Origin: Leucoraja erinacea
Taxonomy: Eukaryota
NCBI RefSeq assembly: GCF_028641065.1
Contig: NC_073378.1
Coordinates: forward strand, 97,712,001-97,776,000
DNA: 64,000 nt
Reading direction: 5' to 3'
Made by a program: the position numbers and the translations under genes. Under the pieces are notes generated by a model that was not told the origin of the DNA, did no database searches, and saw nothing but the letters and a program-made list of their open reading frames with translations. Below, piece by piece: positions 13,806 to 26,699 of this stretch (the first letter of the stretch is position 1; each line of letters starts with the position of its first letter).

Positions 13806-14261
13806 ACTCACTTATGTGTTATATACAGGGCTGCCAACATTGGGTGAGAGTTGGGAGTGAGAAATTGCGAACGACCAAGCCCGAGCGACCGGGGGGGGGG
13901 GGGGGGAGGAGGGTCTCCCTTTCCCATTGGTACGGAACATTTGCATTTTTCAGCTTGAAATTGTGCAATATGGTGCATACTGTAGCGAGTCTTTTTACTT
14001 GTACTTGAATGCAATATATATGCTTTAAATTGGATTGGAGCGTTTTTGAAAGGGGGGAGGCTGTGCGATCACTGATCACTGGCCTTGGGGGTACCCGGTG
14101 AGGGAGTGGAGCAACCGAGTGGGGAGAGTGTGGAAGAAGGGTGTCCCCCCTCCCAGGGTAGGAACCTTTTGAAATTTGATGTATTAAGCTAATGTTTTAG
14201 TGCACTGTAGAAGTATGATTTCAATGTTTTTTGTATGAATTATTTTTAAGAGGTAACTTTT

Positions 14262-14900
14262 TAAGGGGTAACTTTATCCACGCAAAGGATGATGGGTGTA
14301 TGGAACAAGCTGCCAGAGGAGGTAGTTGAGGCAGGGACCATCCCAACATTTAAGAAAAAGTTAGACTGATACATGGATAGGACAGGTTTGGAGGTATGGA
14401 CCAAAAGCAGGTAGTGTAGCTGGGACATGTTGGGGGGTGTGGGCACGTTGCACCAAAGGGCCTGTTTTCACACTGTATCACTCTATGACTACATTATACC
14501 TCCACCATGCATGAATGCTTCAAAATCAAGTGATCGAGTTTTATTGCCATATACTCAAGCATAGAAACATAGAAAATAGGTGCAGAAATGGGCCATCGGC
14601 CCTTCGAGCCAGCACTGCCATTCAATATGATCATGGCTATTCATCTAAAATCAGTACCTCTTTCCTGTTTTTTCCCCATATCCCTTGATGTCGTTAGCCC
14701 CAAGAACTAAATGTAACTCTCTCTTGAATACATCCAGTGAATTGGCCTGCACTGTCTTATGTGGCAGAGAATTCCACAGATTCACAACTCTCTGCGTGAA
14801 GAAAGTTTGTTCTCATCTCAGTCCTAACTAGCCCCGACTTTATTCTTAAACTGTGACCCATGGTTCTGAACACCCCCAACATCGGGAACATTTTTCCTGC
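14262..14900. mobile_element. Two CR1 3' ends nested in the hAT element (14262-14490 +; 14560-14900 -)
   Basis: ggaacaagctgccagaggaggtagttgaggcagg and catagaaacatagaaaataggtgcag 3' UTR motifs. Confidence 0.8.
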
Positions 14901-15006
14901 AGTTACAGTAAGTGAAAATCTAGCAGGCAAGCAGGATGCTTTCACCAACCATCCCCATTTGAAGTCCACTATCTTCCACCGTATCTACCCAGTGCTTGGT
15001 ACTTAT

Positions 15007-15161
15007 TTCCAGCAGCCACTGGTTGTCCTCCAGGATGCACCGAGCCGCAGCCTGATCCATGCCGGTCACCTGGGCGAATTCGGCACAGAGACTCTCACGG
15101 TAGCGGCGAAATGCTTCGACGCCTCCGACGGCCCAGGACTCTTGCACTGAGGCTGCTCCAT
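15007..15161 (-). pseudogene. TDP2: Disabled copy of TDP2-like exon 1 (UBA-like N-terminal domain)
   Basis: RESLCAEFAQVTGMDQAAARCILEDNQWLLE resembles human TDP2 RRLLCVEFASVASCDAAVAQCFLAENDWEME (recalled). Kozak gccATGG at 15161 is 1 nt out of frame; the exon ends in GAA/ataagt, a mutated gtaagt donor. Confidence 0.75.
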
Positions 15162-15734
15162 GGCCAGAGCTGCAGTGAGCGACTCGCCAGCCCGGCAAAC
15201 ACTCGCCAGCCCCGCTCCCCGTCCGTATCTGTCCCCGCCGCTGCTTCTGCTTCCAACACCCGCGGCCCATGCAGTTGATATGAGTTTTGAAATTTTCGTT
15301 GATCACAGAATTTCTCACAACAGAGCGAGAGAAATTTGTGATCAGCGTGAGAATTTGGTGAAATGCGTGATTCTCATGCTCATTGCATGGAGTTGGCAGC
15401 CCTGTCTCTCAATCCCCCTCTCCCTCTCCCCCCCCCCCCCCTCTCTCTCTCTCCCCCTCTCTCCCTCTCCCCCCCTCTCTCTCATTCATTCATTCAAGCC
15501 GAAGAGCCGAAACCCTGACTATTCCTCTTTCCCCATACACTGCCTGACCTACTGTATTCACCCCGTATGTCCTATTTTGTAATACAATTATTAATACTTG
15601 TTTTACAACTCCACTAATACGGGAGGAAGGCCGTATGAAACAATGATTTTGGGTCCGAAGTGGGAACTTATTTGAAACAAGGTTTGGTGTGTGCGACTGA
15701 AAAAAAGGATAGTGTTGAACTTCATGTAACCCTT

Positions 15735-16075
15735 GCATCTCCTCTCTCTCTCTCTCCATCCCTACCCGTCATACCAGCTTCAAAGTCGTCTTGTTGAGTC
15801 TCATTCTCTGTAACACGTTCTCACCTAACACACAGCTACCAATGGCCTGTTTCTTTTATCATTGTTACTTTTTTGCATATCTTTCATTCATTTGTTCTAT
15901 ATCTCTATATCACCGTCTATATCTCGTTTCCCTTTCCCCTGACTCTCAGTCTGAAGAAGCGTCTCGACCCGAAACATCACCTATTCCTTGTCTCCAGAGA
16001 TGCTGCCTGACCCACTGAGTTACTCCAGCTTTTTGCGTCTATCTTCCGTTTAAAGCCGTATCTGATGTTCCTATG
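15735..16075 (+). mobile_element. Penelope-like terminal (pLTR) fragment
   Basis: gtctgaagaagcgtctcgacccgaaac...gagttactccagc motif, also flanking the Penelope RT/GIY-YIG remnant at 55-56 kb; about 10 further short copies in the window. Confidence 0.7.
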
Positions 16076-17147
16076 CAAAGGAAAGTCATCTTCGTTTGGG
16101 GATAAAAAATGGGAATCAACCAAGGTGTCAGGAAGCAAAGACAATGGATTTGATGACAAAGTACCCCTGGGCATTTCTACACCAAGCTATAATAACTGCA
16201 CCCCAATGCAACAATGGTTCAGAACTGATAATTAAACAACCTTTGTTTGAACCCATGACTCGATGAGAAATGAGTGGCAAAAACACCTGAAGGATTGTGA
16301 GATAATGATCATGGATGACTATTAATGGAAAGTCCACACATTCAGATAGACAGCCAAGAAGAACTTCATATCTACACTCAGATGGACTGGCAGATGGAGG
16401 AGATGGGGAAAGAGGGGAAAAGCCCAAGAGAAATACAGGGAAAGGGATATTGGAAAAGACAGATGCTGGAATCCTGAAACGCATGTCAAAACATTTAAAA
16501 GGTATAAGCACATAGCAAATAGGTGCAGGAGTAGGCCATTCGGCCCTTCGAGCCAGCATTGCCATTCAATATGTTCATGGCTGATCATCCAAAATCAGTA
16601 CCCTGTTTCTGCTTTCTTCCCATATCCCTTGATTCACATGGGAGGCTTTCTATAGTGAAGAAAAAAACTGTATGACATCATTTTTACCATGTGATGATTT
16701 TTCCACATGTCGGTAGTCGTTGTTGGCTCAAGAGTAACTCGGGAGAGGAACTTGGTAACTTGGGAGAGGAACTTGGTACATCGCAGAAATGAGAAGTAAA
16801 CGGCAAACTTAGACATGCACGTGGGAACTCGTTTAAACTCGTGAACATAAACTTGGAATCTCGTAGACAATCACGAGTTTGATTTTTTCTTTCACTCGTG
16901 ATCACTCGTGGGTGGGCTCGCACCGTGAGACAGTGCTATTAGACCTTCTTTCTAAACTGTGTCTGGTACATGGACAACTACATTGGTGATGTTTTGTGCA
17001 TGGACAGAACTCTGAAATATCATCATTTTTTCTCCATTGTTTGCGCCATATACGTGGTGACTTTATGCATACATTGTGTATGGTATGCACAACAAAGAAT
17101 TTCACGATGTCATGTCACATGTGATAATAAAGTATAATTCATTCCAA

Positions 17148-17398
17148 TGGTCCTGACTATGGGTGCTTGTCTGCACGCAGTTTGTACTTTCTCCCCATGA
17201 CGTGCGTGGGTTTTATCAGAGATCTTTGGTTTCATCCCACACTCCATAGACGTACAGGTTTGCAGGTTAATTGACTTGGTATGAATGTAAAATTGTTCCT
17301 AGTGTGTGTAGGGTAGTGCTAATGAGAGGGGATCACTGGTCGGCACACACTCGATGGGACGAAGGGCCTGTTTCCACTCTATCTCTAAACTCAACTAA
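17148..17398 (+). mobile_element. V-SINE copy, 5'-truncated
   Basis: V-domain and aaact tail. Confidence 0.8.
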
Positions 17399-18511
17399 AA
17401 TGATGGTGCCCATGAAATGTTCTCCTTTTTCCTGAGCTGTGGCTTCCCCCAAACCACGGTACATAGAGCTCTTGCAACAATTTTCTATATTTGTGTTCAC
17501 ACCCACTTTCTTCCCAGATGATGATAGATTTTCCTGGTCTCACTGTCCACCCCATAATAATAATTATTTGCAATTTATGCCAGCTTCCATGTGATTGCAC
17601 CACCTAACACATCTTGCCCTTCCCTCTCCTTTCAGCACGAGTCTGTGACCTGACATATTGACTCTGTATTTTTATTTGAATTTTCAATAAACCAGCATTC
17701 AACACAGTTCCTCAGATGGCAACATCACCTCATGTACCTTAATCGCCACCTTATCACTGAGATTTGGTCGACTAGACCTTGTTTCTAGCAATTTTATACA
17801 TATTTGTTTCCTACTTTTGTCTCTCCAATATCAGATGAATCCAGACTTTTTGAGTCTAAACAGCACTTTATACCTGGATCTGCCCTGTCAAGCACAGCCA
17901 TTTAAAAAATATTTTACAATGAGATCAACTCTCTTTCTTCCAAACTCCACAGAGGAAATGCCTGGTCTGCTTAATCTCTTTAGAGCAATCTTCCCATCTA
18001 ATGTATCAATCTGGTGAACCTATATTGCATTCATTCCATCAGAAACATATTTCTTTGAAAGGGAGATCTGTCTCCCTATCAAATATTCTTGGGTATTAAG
18101 CACAGTTCTAGTTTCCCACCCAAACGAGATCTCACCGGAGCCTCATAATTTTCCTAAGATGTTTTTGTCCTATACTTAGATCCTAACGCAATAAAGATCA
18201 ACATACCTGCATGTTAACTTTCAGTGCTCTTTATTCTTTCTTGGAAAATGTTGGAAAATGCAAATTGTACGTAAATCTTTACTTCCATCTAAACTAAACA
18301 TATGTTATCAGCTATATAAGAGACATTAATAGGTGAATCAATCTTAGATCCAGAAATAATGTCAAACTTGTTATTATGGCAATAAAATTCCCTCCAGAAT
18401 GTTGCAAAGTAATTTGCTATCTTTGTCCAGTAGGAGGAGTATGAATACCAGCAAAGGTAGATGTAACAATTCCAATTGCTCAGTAACCTGGTTTGGTTTC
18501 TTGAAATGAAT

Positions 18512-18655
18512 CTTCTTCTTCTTCTTGCATACGGCGTGCACAGCCTAAAGTTGTAGGACAACTTGTTCCATTTGATCTTATTTGATTGTGCACGCCAGGT
18601 TGATTGCATTCGTTGAAACAGGGTGGACCAGTGAAGGTTGCAATCTTCCACCCCA
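18512..18655 (-). mobile_element. Short (144 bp) retroposon with (GAA)n tail and 11-bp TSD
   Basis: TSD ttgaaatgaat at 18501-18511 and 18656-18666; (ctt)n at the left end. Confidence 0.8.
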
Positions 18656-21559
18656 TTGAAATGAATGATCTGTGGATATGTGGATATTGCCTGATTTGAG
18701 ACAAATTGTATTTTGTTGAATAGTGCTACGATCTGATCACACAGGATGTGTCATTTGGTAAGAGTACTTGCAACAGCTTTTGAGCTAAATCTTAAGAGTA
18801 ATTGATTCTACTGTGTTTGTGTGTATCGCGTCATTTAACGGGAAGAGTTTCAGTTGTATAATTGCGGGCGTTGGCCGTGAAGTTGTTTGGATCATAACCG
18901 TGGTTGTTACACTAATTGTGCCTGATGTTTGTGGCCAGCACAGGCCACAACAGGATCTGGACATCTCCTTGGAACGGTTGATTTGGCAGAGTATCACTTT
19001 AGATTCATCCCCAATATCACTCTTCTTTTGATGCAATTTGCTCCAGCTTTCCCAATGATTGATGAGACACATTCACATACATTGAGCAAACAAACCTGCT
19101 TAGTTTAAGTTTAATTTTCAAATTGTCACCACTTGTGTTTTTGTATTTCTATGCTACTTAATCCCTTTATTATTTAAATGCCTGTTTTTGGAACACCCCT
19201 CGCCCTCCTGAACTGGAAAAAATGCACAAAACTGTCTACAGACACTAATCCAATTGGTGCTGATGAATCCGCAAGGCCGATGCACCCTGATTTGCAACAC
19301 TAAAACTGAATTACCAACTCAAGACTCTAAGCAACTGAAATCTCACTCCCCTCCCACAACACCCCCCTCCCCCTGCCCTAAAAAAAAAACCAATCTGGGG
19401 TACTGTCTGATTCACTTCTACCCCATTGTGGACATTGACTTTATCAATAGAACTGGTGCACAAACATGCTGAGAACTATATTCTGCGCTCAGTACCTTCC
19501 TGTTTGTTCTGCCTATTGTGTTTAAATTTGACTTGATTGTATTTTTGTGTCGTATTATCTGATTTACAAAACATGCAAAACAACATTTTGATCTAACATG
19601 CAAAAGAAAGTTTTTCACAGTACCCTTAGAACACGTGGCAATAATAAACCTAAATGTAATTTGAGACTGACAGCCATGAAGCTTGCTCTATTATCACAGG
19701 TCAGGAACATCTGAGACAGGTCAGGTGGAATGTGGGCAATTTAAAGAATGAAGCGGTAGGTATCCCTTCTACTGGAGGAGCAAACCAGAAGAAGAGCACT
19801 GTTTTCATGGACTGAACTTGAACATCAGGAATGAGAGTACACAGACGACCAGTATAAGCAATGGAAGGAGTGCACCACTTCACAAACAACCCAACCTAAC
19901 GTGCTGTCAGTCACATCCCGCCCCATCTGTGAAGGAGTCCGTGGTTCCCACGTCGTCTGGTCAGCTGCTTAAGAGAACGTACAAAACCAGAGTGGAATCG
20001 AGTCATCTTCAGTCCCAGGAGAATGCAGAAGAAGAGTTTACTATACTTATTTTCTGCTCTGCTGAAGGCACGTGAGTGCAAAGATTTCACTGACCTTGAG
20101 ACTCCCCTAACACTGAATGTTAGAATCTATTCTCCCGAGGAAGCCATTGCAAGCAATCACATTTATTCTTTGATTATAACACAATGCCTACAGCTAATGC
20201 AGAGTTTATACTCGTCTGAGCTGCTTATTTTTGCATGACAGACGCAAGGAGTGAGAATTCTAGTCAATACTCCTCTCGAGTTTGTGTTACTCATCCCATC
20301 TGCATGTTCACTGGGTAACCAACCTGAGAACAAATAACAATATACACCAGAAAGCTGTCAAACTTGAAGCATTCATTCTATTTCAATCCCCACAGATGCT
20401 GTCTGGCAAGCCGACTATTTCCAGTGAGTTCTGTTTATACACTAGATTTTAAATTAATCATTAAAATGAATTATTTATGTGACATGGTTACAATTTCCCT
20501 TCCAGATGGATGATTAGAATGTAAACTAGAATTTAAATTGATAAATATGAATTTTCATAGTTAGAAGATAAACATTCAAAGAATCAGCCAGGAGGTTCTG
20601 AGCTCCACTGTAAATGCTCAAGCTGAATTCCTTCATTCCCTCCAGCCATAAATTAACCATCCAGTGTAAGCTGCTTCTTATTTTAATCACAATCAGCTGA
20701 GTGGCAAGTCAAATGAAAGGGATAATATATTGAGTGCAGCATTTTTGGATTTGTAGATCTTTTAGAAAGTATTTGGTTGTTTTAACATTTGACCAGACTG
20801 AGGAAGCTGCCTGTTAGTTGGGGGGTGGAGAAAGAGCCCTTCTAACTCTAGCGAAGTGACAGTTATATTAATAATCCATTAAATGGTTAGTTACATGTGA
20901 AATCTGGCACTAAGCCAGATGATTAAATAGATAAAGCTGAGGAAACCCATATCGCCCTTCTGTTCTGATCGACACAAAAACAGCCAACATTCTATTGTAA
21001 TTTCCAGATGTCTTGGAAATAATTTCTGGAACTATGCCTCCATAGTCTCACTCGGAGCTGCATTCCAGACACTGATCGCACTTTGTGGTTGATGTTGACT
21101 GTGCAGTGGGGGAAAATGGGAGCAGTGTAATTGGTAATGTTTTACTCCTCTTCTGATTTTAATTTCCATTGACTCCGCCATCCTCCTGCTATGTTCACAG
21201 CAGGCGATTGGGAGGAGTCTCAGTGGGATATCACTTCAGAGAAACTGATCATCACTTGGAATCCTGGAAGGGCCCCACATCTGCTGACCAAGTGTACCTG
21301 CAGCACCATGCACTGAATCCCAAACAAGGCAGGGGGCAGAGGAATTCTGACACGGTCAAGAGATGTTCAGGCCTACCTCACCTCTAAAAAGGACCTAAGA
21401 GATGGTTTGAGGCATTGGTCTCAAGAGAATATTTTGTGTGCCTCAGTGCCAGGCCTGAATCTGCCATTCCTGGTTGCCAACTTCAGTCCCATTTTTTTTC
21501 TAGCAAAGACTTCCACCCTTATTAATTGCCTACTCACTAACAAAACTGAGAAAAGGAAG

Positions 21560-22150
21560 AATATAGTACACTTAGTAACTAAAACTCTCAATGTCCGCAA
21601 GGCCAAGGAGCTAATGGTTTACTTCTGGAAGCAAGATGGTGTTCAAACCCCAATCAGTATCAATAGTACTGAAGTAAAGATGGCACACTGCTTCAATTGC
21701 TCGGTGTAAATACTGTATCAACAATTATTTGTCTTGGACCAACCACATTGAAGCAATGGCTAAGAAAGCATACCAATGCCTCTACTCCTCAAAATACTAA
21801 GGAAATCCTACATGTCTCCAACGACTCATAGCAACATCGTTAGATGCACTATTGAAAGTAGACTATCAGGTTAATCGCAGCTTGGTTTGGTAACAGTTCT
21901 GCGCAAGACTGCAGGAAATTTCAGATAGTTGTGGATGTAGCCCAGTCCATCACACAGACCAGACTCCCCTCCATCGACTCCAACAACAATTCACGCTGCC
22001 TCGGGAAAGCTGCCAACCAAATCACGGACCTCTTTCGCCCTGGTCATTCCCTCTTCTCCCCTCTCCCGTAGGGCAGAAAATTATAAGGCTTGAAACTACG
22101 TACCTCCAGATACAAGAAGAATCTCTTCCCTGCTGTTATCAGACTACTGA
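21560..22150 (+). mobile_element. Old Rex/Babar LINE 3' fragment
   Basis: LNVRKAKELMVYFWK and decayed KKA.Q.LY, GRRYR-like motifs. Confidence 0.7.
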
Positions 22151-23724
22151 ATGGTTGGGTGTAGTCCCAATCTTCCTTCCTATCTCATTGTGGACATTGA
22201 ACTTCTTTCCTGTAACTGCAACGTTGTAATGTAACATTTTATTCTGGATTCTTGTATTTTTCTCTTTACACTACCTATTGTTCTATTGAATGGCTTGATT
22301 GCACTCATGTATTGTCACAAGACTTCTCCTCATTCTGCCAAATCCTTTGTTCAATAAATCTCAAACCAGTTTCCCCGTGTAACTAACCTCTCCCCATTCA
22401 CATTGCAGGAGCTAACTGTACGCTGGCTACCGAGAACTGTAATCTCCAACTGCATGGTCTCAGCATTAAAAGCTCACTGAATGGGAATCATAGTTAAAGC
22501 ATATCACATATCTTTCTCAAAAAGAATATTTTTACATTTGCATATATCGTTGATGGTTTCTTGGAATAATGAAGACAATTGCAGAAGCTCTTTCCCAATG
22601 CTCCAGTAAAAATTGCACAACACCATGTGATAAATACAGAAACCGCCTGTATTCAGTACCATTGACAATATTCCTTTCACAGCATAATCACTTCATTGTT
22701 AGGAAACAATGTATCCTCAGACTCACTGTGAGCAATGTCATAGGAGATCTGCCAGTTACGTGTTCTGCAAATACTGACGGCACCAGGCAAGGAAACAACT
22801 ATAAAATATTGCAGATGCTGGAAACCTGAAACAAAAATGAAAAATATTGGAAATATTCAGCCAGTTTGATGTCTTTTATATAATGATCTTGGCACATGTC
22901 CTTCCCATTTTTTTTCTCTCTGAGCCTGTCTGGCTGCATATTGTGGTGACATTTCCCAGTTCATTGTAATGTTAACCAATCTTGGAATCCAACCCGGGCT
23001 CAGAAAATCTGGATTCTTGCTGGACTCCTCTGGTTTATATCAAGCCAACATCTGGTACACGTGTTTTATACATGACATCATTTTGTGCTACTTTTTTCCT
23101 TCCCTTTTTAAGTCTCTCAGCATCACATTCTCTTCTCCGGCCAAAAGGGACAGAACACTGGGCTGGGGGTGGATTAAATGGCGTAACTAATGTTGTCCAC
23201 TGATCAGTTGATTTCCATGGAACACATGCACAACACAGTTGTTCATCTCAATTCAGGGTGAAAACTTCTAGCCTCTTTCAGTGATACAGTCTAAGATGAG
23301 AATGATCAAAGTTCAACCAATAAACTAATGAGTAGATTGCACTTGCCTTTAGCCAGTGGTTGCTGACAGAATTGCGAGCTATCCTCTGCTTGCTCTTCAT
23401 GTTGCCCTGACCCAGTGGGAGAGCACTGATAAACTAAGAAGCAGGCCTGCCCTTCAGCTACAGGTGAATATAAGTTAGTGGCATATTTGTTTTATTGTAT
23501 CTAAATTTTTTAAATTAATTTATTTTTCCATGATGTGTTTTAATGTGAATGTTTTAACTTTTCCGTGTAATTTTTACTTCTTAATTTATTTAAATCTTAG
23601 TTTATTTTATTTATCACATGTACTGAGGTACAGTGAAAAGCTTTTTTTGTCAGCAGAAAGGTTGTAAATGATTATGACCAAATCATCCACAGTGTACAGA
23701 TACAGGATAAAGGGAATAGCATTT

Positions 23725-24190
23725 TCAAGTTCAAGTGAGTTTATTGTCATGTGTCCCTGTATAGGACAATGACATTCTTGCTTTGCTTAAGCACACAGAA
23801 AATAGTAGGCATTTACTACTAAACAGATAAATGTGTCCATATACCATGATATAAATATATACACACATGAATAAATAAACTGGTAAAGTGTAAATAACAG
23901 AAAGTGGTTATTAATAATCAGAGTTTTGTCCGAGCCAGGTTTAATAGCCTGATGGCTGTGGGGAAGTAGCTATTCCTGAACCTGGATGTTGCAGTCTTCA
24001 GGCTCCTGTACCTTCTACCTGAAGGTAGCAGGGAGATGTGTGTGTGGCCATGATGGTGTGGGTCTTTGATGATACTGCCAGCCTTTTTGAGGCAGCGACT
24101 GCGATAAATCCCCTCGATGAAAGGAAGGTCGATGATGGACTGGGCAGTATTTACTACTTTTTGTAGTATTTTCCTCTCCAGGGCTCTCAT
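23725..24190 (-). mobile_element. Rex/Babar LINE 3' end
   Basis: LQKVVNTAQSII...LLPSGRRYRSLKTATSRFRNSYFPTAIRLLN; (acttga)n tail. Confidence 0.85.
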
Positions 24191-24722
24191 TTAGTGCAAG
24201 TCCAGTAAAGTCCGATTAAAGATAGTTCAAGGGTCTCCACTCAGGTAGTTGGTGGGTCAGGATTTCTCTTTATGGTGATAGGATGGTTCAGTTATCTCTG
24301 TTTGAACTGTTTTGAAAATAACTCTTGCAGATAGTTAGAAACGGTTACTAAGCCCTTTGTTGGTGGCAAGCTGTGAAAAGCCTCCACAGGTAGGACCTCA
24401 GGTTCCTTCACCTGAGGCCCAGTTGCCTCTTGTGGCTTGCTCTGTTTTGGGGGATAACTCGGATATGAAGCATCCGCTTAGCCAAGGCTCCATGTCCATA
24501 ATGGTTTAGTGGAGGCAGACTGTGAGCAATGGATTAGTGCAACAGACCAGAATGGATGATCCAATATTCTAGAGGAGGAACATGAGCTTCTTGCACTTTA
24601 TTTCAAATTTCTTGTTCAACATTGTCTTCATCCTTATTGTATAAAAAATCTTGGTTCAAAATTGGTGGATCAATGATAAATGTTACTATATTAAGCTTTT
24701 GTGATGTTGCTTTCCAAATTAC

Positions 24723-24812
24723 CGAACCATCCTCGAAAACAACCATCTCATTCATCATCAGTGCTTTCCAACAAGATGTTGAGAGAACCACAGCAGATTG
24801 ATTATAATTAGT
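24723..24812 (-). CDS. Unidentified gene, internal exon (TNYNQSAVVLSTSCWKALMMNEMVVFEDGS)
   Basis: ttacattttccag acceptor, 90 bp open phase 0-0, gtaatt donor. Confidence 0.72.
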
Positions 24813-25224
24813 CTGGAAAATGTAATCCACAAGATTTACTTGTTTTATTCCCAAAGTATTTTGTTTTCTTTTGTAAATTAAAACTGAAGCATTTGTCTTG
24901 TTGATAAAATAATGGCTCAGGTTTCGCTAATAGAATACAGCCAGTCAAATCTTCCACATATATGTAGCAAACACTGATATGTCTGAGTAGTGCAGGGTTC
25001 CTTATGTTTGCAATGTGCTCCACTGCTGTTTTTCTAGCAGTGGAGTTCCTTCTTTCTGATATTCCCCCAAATTTTACCCAATCCTCAATGTTATCGATCC
25101 CACGTGGATCTCAGAGGGGACAGAAGGGTTGTGGCAAGGAAATAACGGGGAGGTTGCTTTCTTAAATGACATTTATGATTCTAATAACTTTAAGATATTA
25201 TTAATATTTTTTAAATTATTCATT

Positions 25225-26139
25225 TAGTTTTAGAGATACAGCGCATAAACAGTCATTCGGCTGACAGAGTCAGCACCGACCATTGATCCCCACACACTAA
25301 TGGCACGGTGGCGCAGCGGTAGAGTTGCTGCCTTACAGAGCTGCAGCCCCGTATCCTGGACTCGATCCTGACTATTTGTGCTTGTCTGTATGGAGTTTGT
25401 ACGTTATCCTCATAACCTGCACGGGTTTTGTTCAAGATCTTCGGCTTCCTCCCAGCTTCCAAAGATGTACTGGGTAGTAGGTTAATTGGATTGGTATCAA
25501 TGTAAAAAGGTTAAACATTTTCCCTCATGTATATAGGGTAGTGTTAATTTGCGGGGGTCGGTGCGGAGTCGGTGGGCTGAAGGGCCTGTTTCCACTCTGT
25601 ATCGCTAAACTAAACCAAACTAAACTAAACTAACACTGTCCTACACATACTAGAGATAATTTACAATTTTTACCGAAGCAGGGTGGTGTAATGGTCAACA
25701 CAATGGCATAGCTGGTAGAGCTGCTGGCTCATAGCATCACCCTGGTTCAATCCTGACCTTGGATGCTGTCCTTGGGAGTTTGCACGTTCTCCCTGTGACT
25801 ACATGGGTTTCCTCCAGGTTCTCTGGTTTCCTTCCACTTCCCAAAGACATGCAGGTTTGTAGGTCAGTCTGAAGAAAGGTTTCGGCCCGAAACGTCGCCT
25901 ATTTCCTTCGCTCCATAGATGCTGCTGCACCCGCTGAGTTTCTCCAGCAATTTTGTGTACCTTCGATCTTCCGGCATCTGCAGTTCCTTCTTGAACAGGT
26001 TTGTAGGTTAATTTGTCGCTGAAAAATTGCCCTTGGTGTGTAGGGAGTCGATGAGAAAGTGTGATAAAATAGAACTAGTGTGAACAGGTGATTGGTGGTC
26101 CATGTGGAATTGGTGGACCGAAGGGCCTGTCTCATGCTG

Positions 26140-26140
<1 letters not shown>
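25225..26140. mobile_element. V-SINE cluster: a + copy (25300-25632) nested in a - copy, and a second + copy (25700-26140) interrupted by a Penelope-like piece
   Basis: SINE head, V-domain and tail motifs; 13-bp duplication caggtttgtaggt flanks the 25865-25995 insert. Confidence 0.8.

Positions 26141-26221
<81 letters not shown>
26140..26221 (+). repeat. (CTAT)n microsatellite
   Basis: About 20 perfect units. Confidence 0.98.
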
Positions 26222-26699
26222 CTATTACTAAAACTCTCATTTTGACCACTTCCAGTCTGCGTTGTAATTAAATTTGCGCAAAAACGCTAGCCAAAAATCA
26301 CTAGCATTTTTTGGCCACCTTACTCACCGTTGGCCACTGCTCCAACCCACCAAGTTTTATTCCGATCGGTGAAATATGAGAAAAGTTATGAAGGTTTAAA
26401 AAATCGTGAGATCAGCAGATTGGTCTTCTCGCCTGTCAGTCACCATGAAGGTAACGCCCCTTCCGGGGGCGAGGAGAATAAAGCCCTGGGGGCCTGGCGT
26501 GAGTGAGTCAGCCCAGAAGCTGTGAGTGAGAGTTGAGCCCAGAACGGTGAGTCCACCAGTCCAGAAGTCGAGCTCAGTCCAGAGGTCACGCTCATTGTGG
26601 AGATCATGCTCAGTCCAGAAGTCGAACCTGAGTCCAAGGCCGCGCTCAGTCCAGCAGTTGGGCATGAGTATAGTCAAGAGAATTTTACTGTCATATATG

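Larger units (their letters stand above)
13826..15404. mobile_element. Non-autonomous hAT-like DNA transposon with captured gene fragment and nested CR1 ends
   Basis: Perfect 13-bp TIRs cagggctgccaac (13826-13838) / gttggcagccctg (15392-15404); subterminal GTGAGA-type motifs at both ends; no TSD visible. Confidence 0.7.

Noticed and set aside
14920-15318. TDP2 as a functional resident gene
   Set aside because: Only exon 1 is present, with a frameshift and dead donor, inside TIRs; no downstream phosphodiesterase exons found.
18994-19095. Possible alternative last exon VCLLNVCECVSSIIGKAGANCIKRRVILGMNLK* (minus strand, phase 0)
   Set aside because: Poor polypyrimidine tract; the 13177 exon has better signals. 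Cannot be excluded without RNA-seq.
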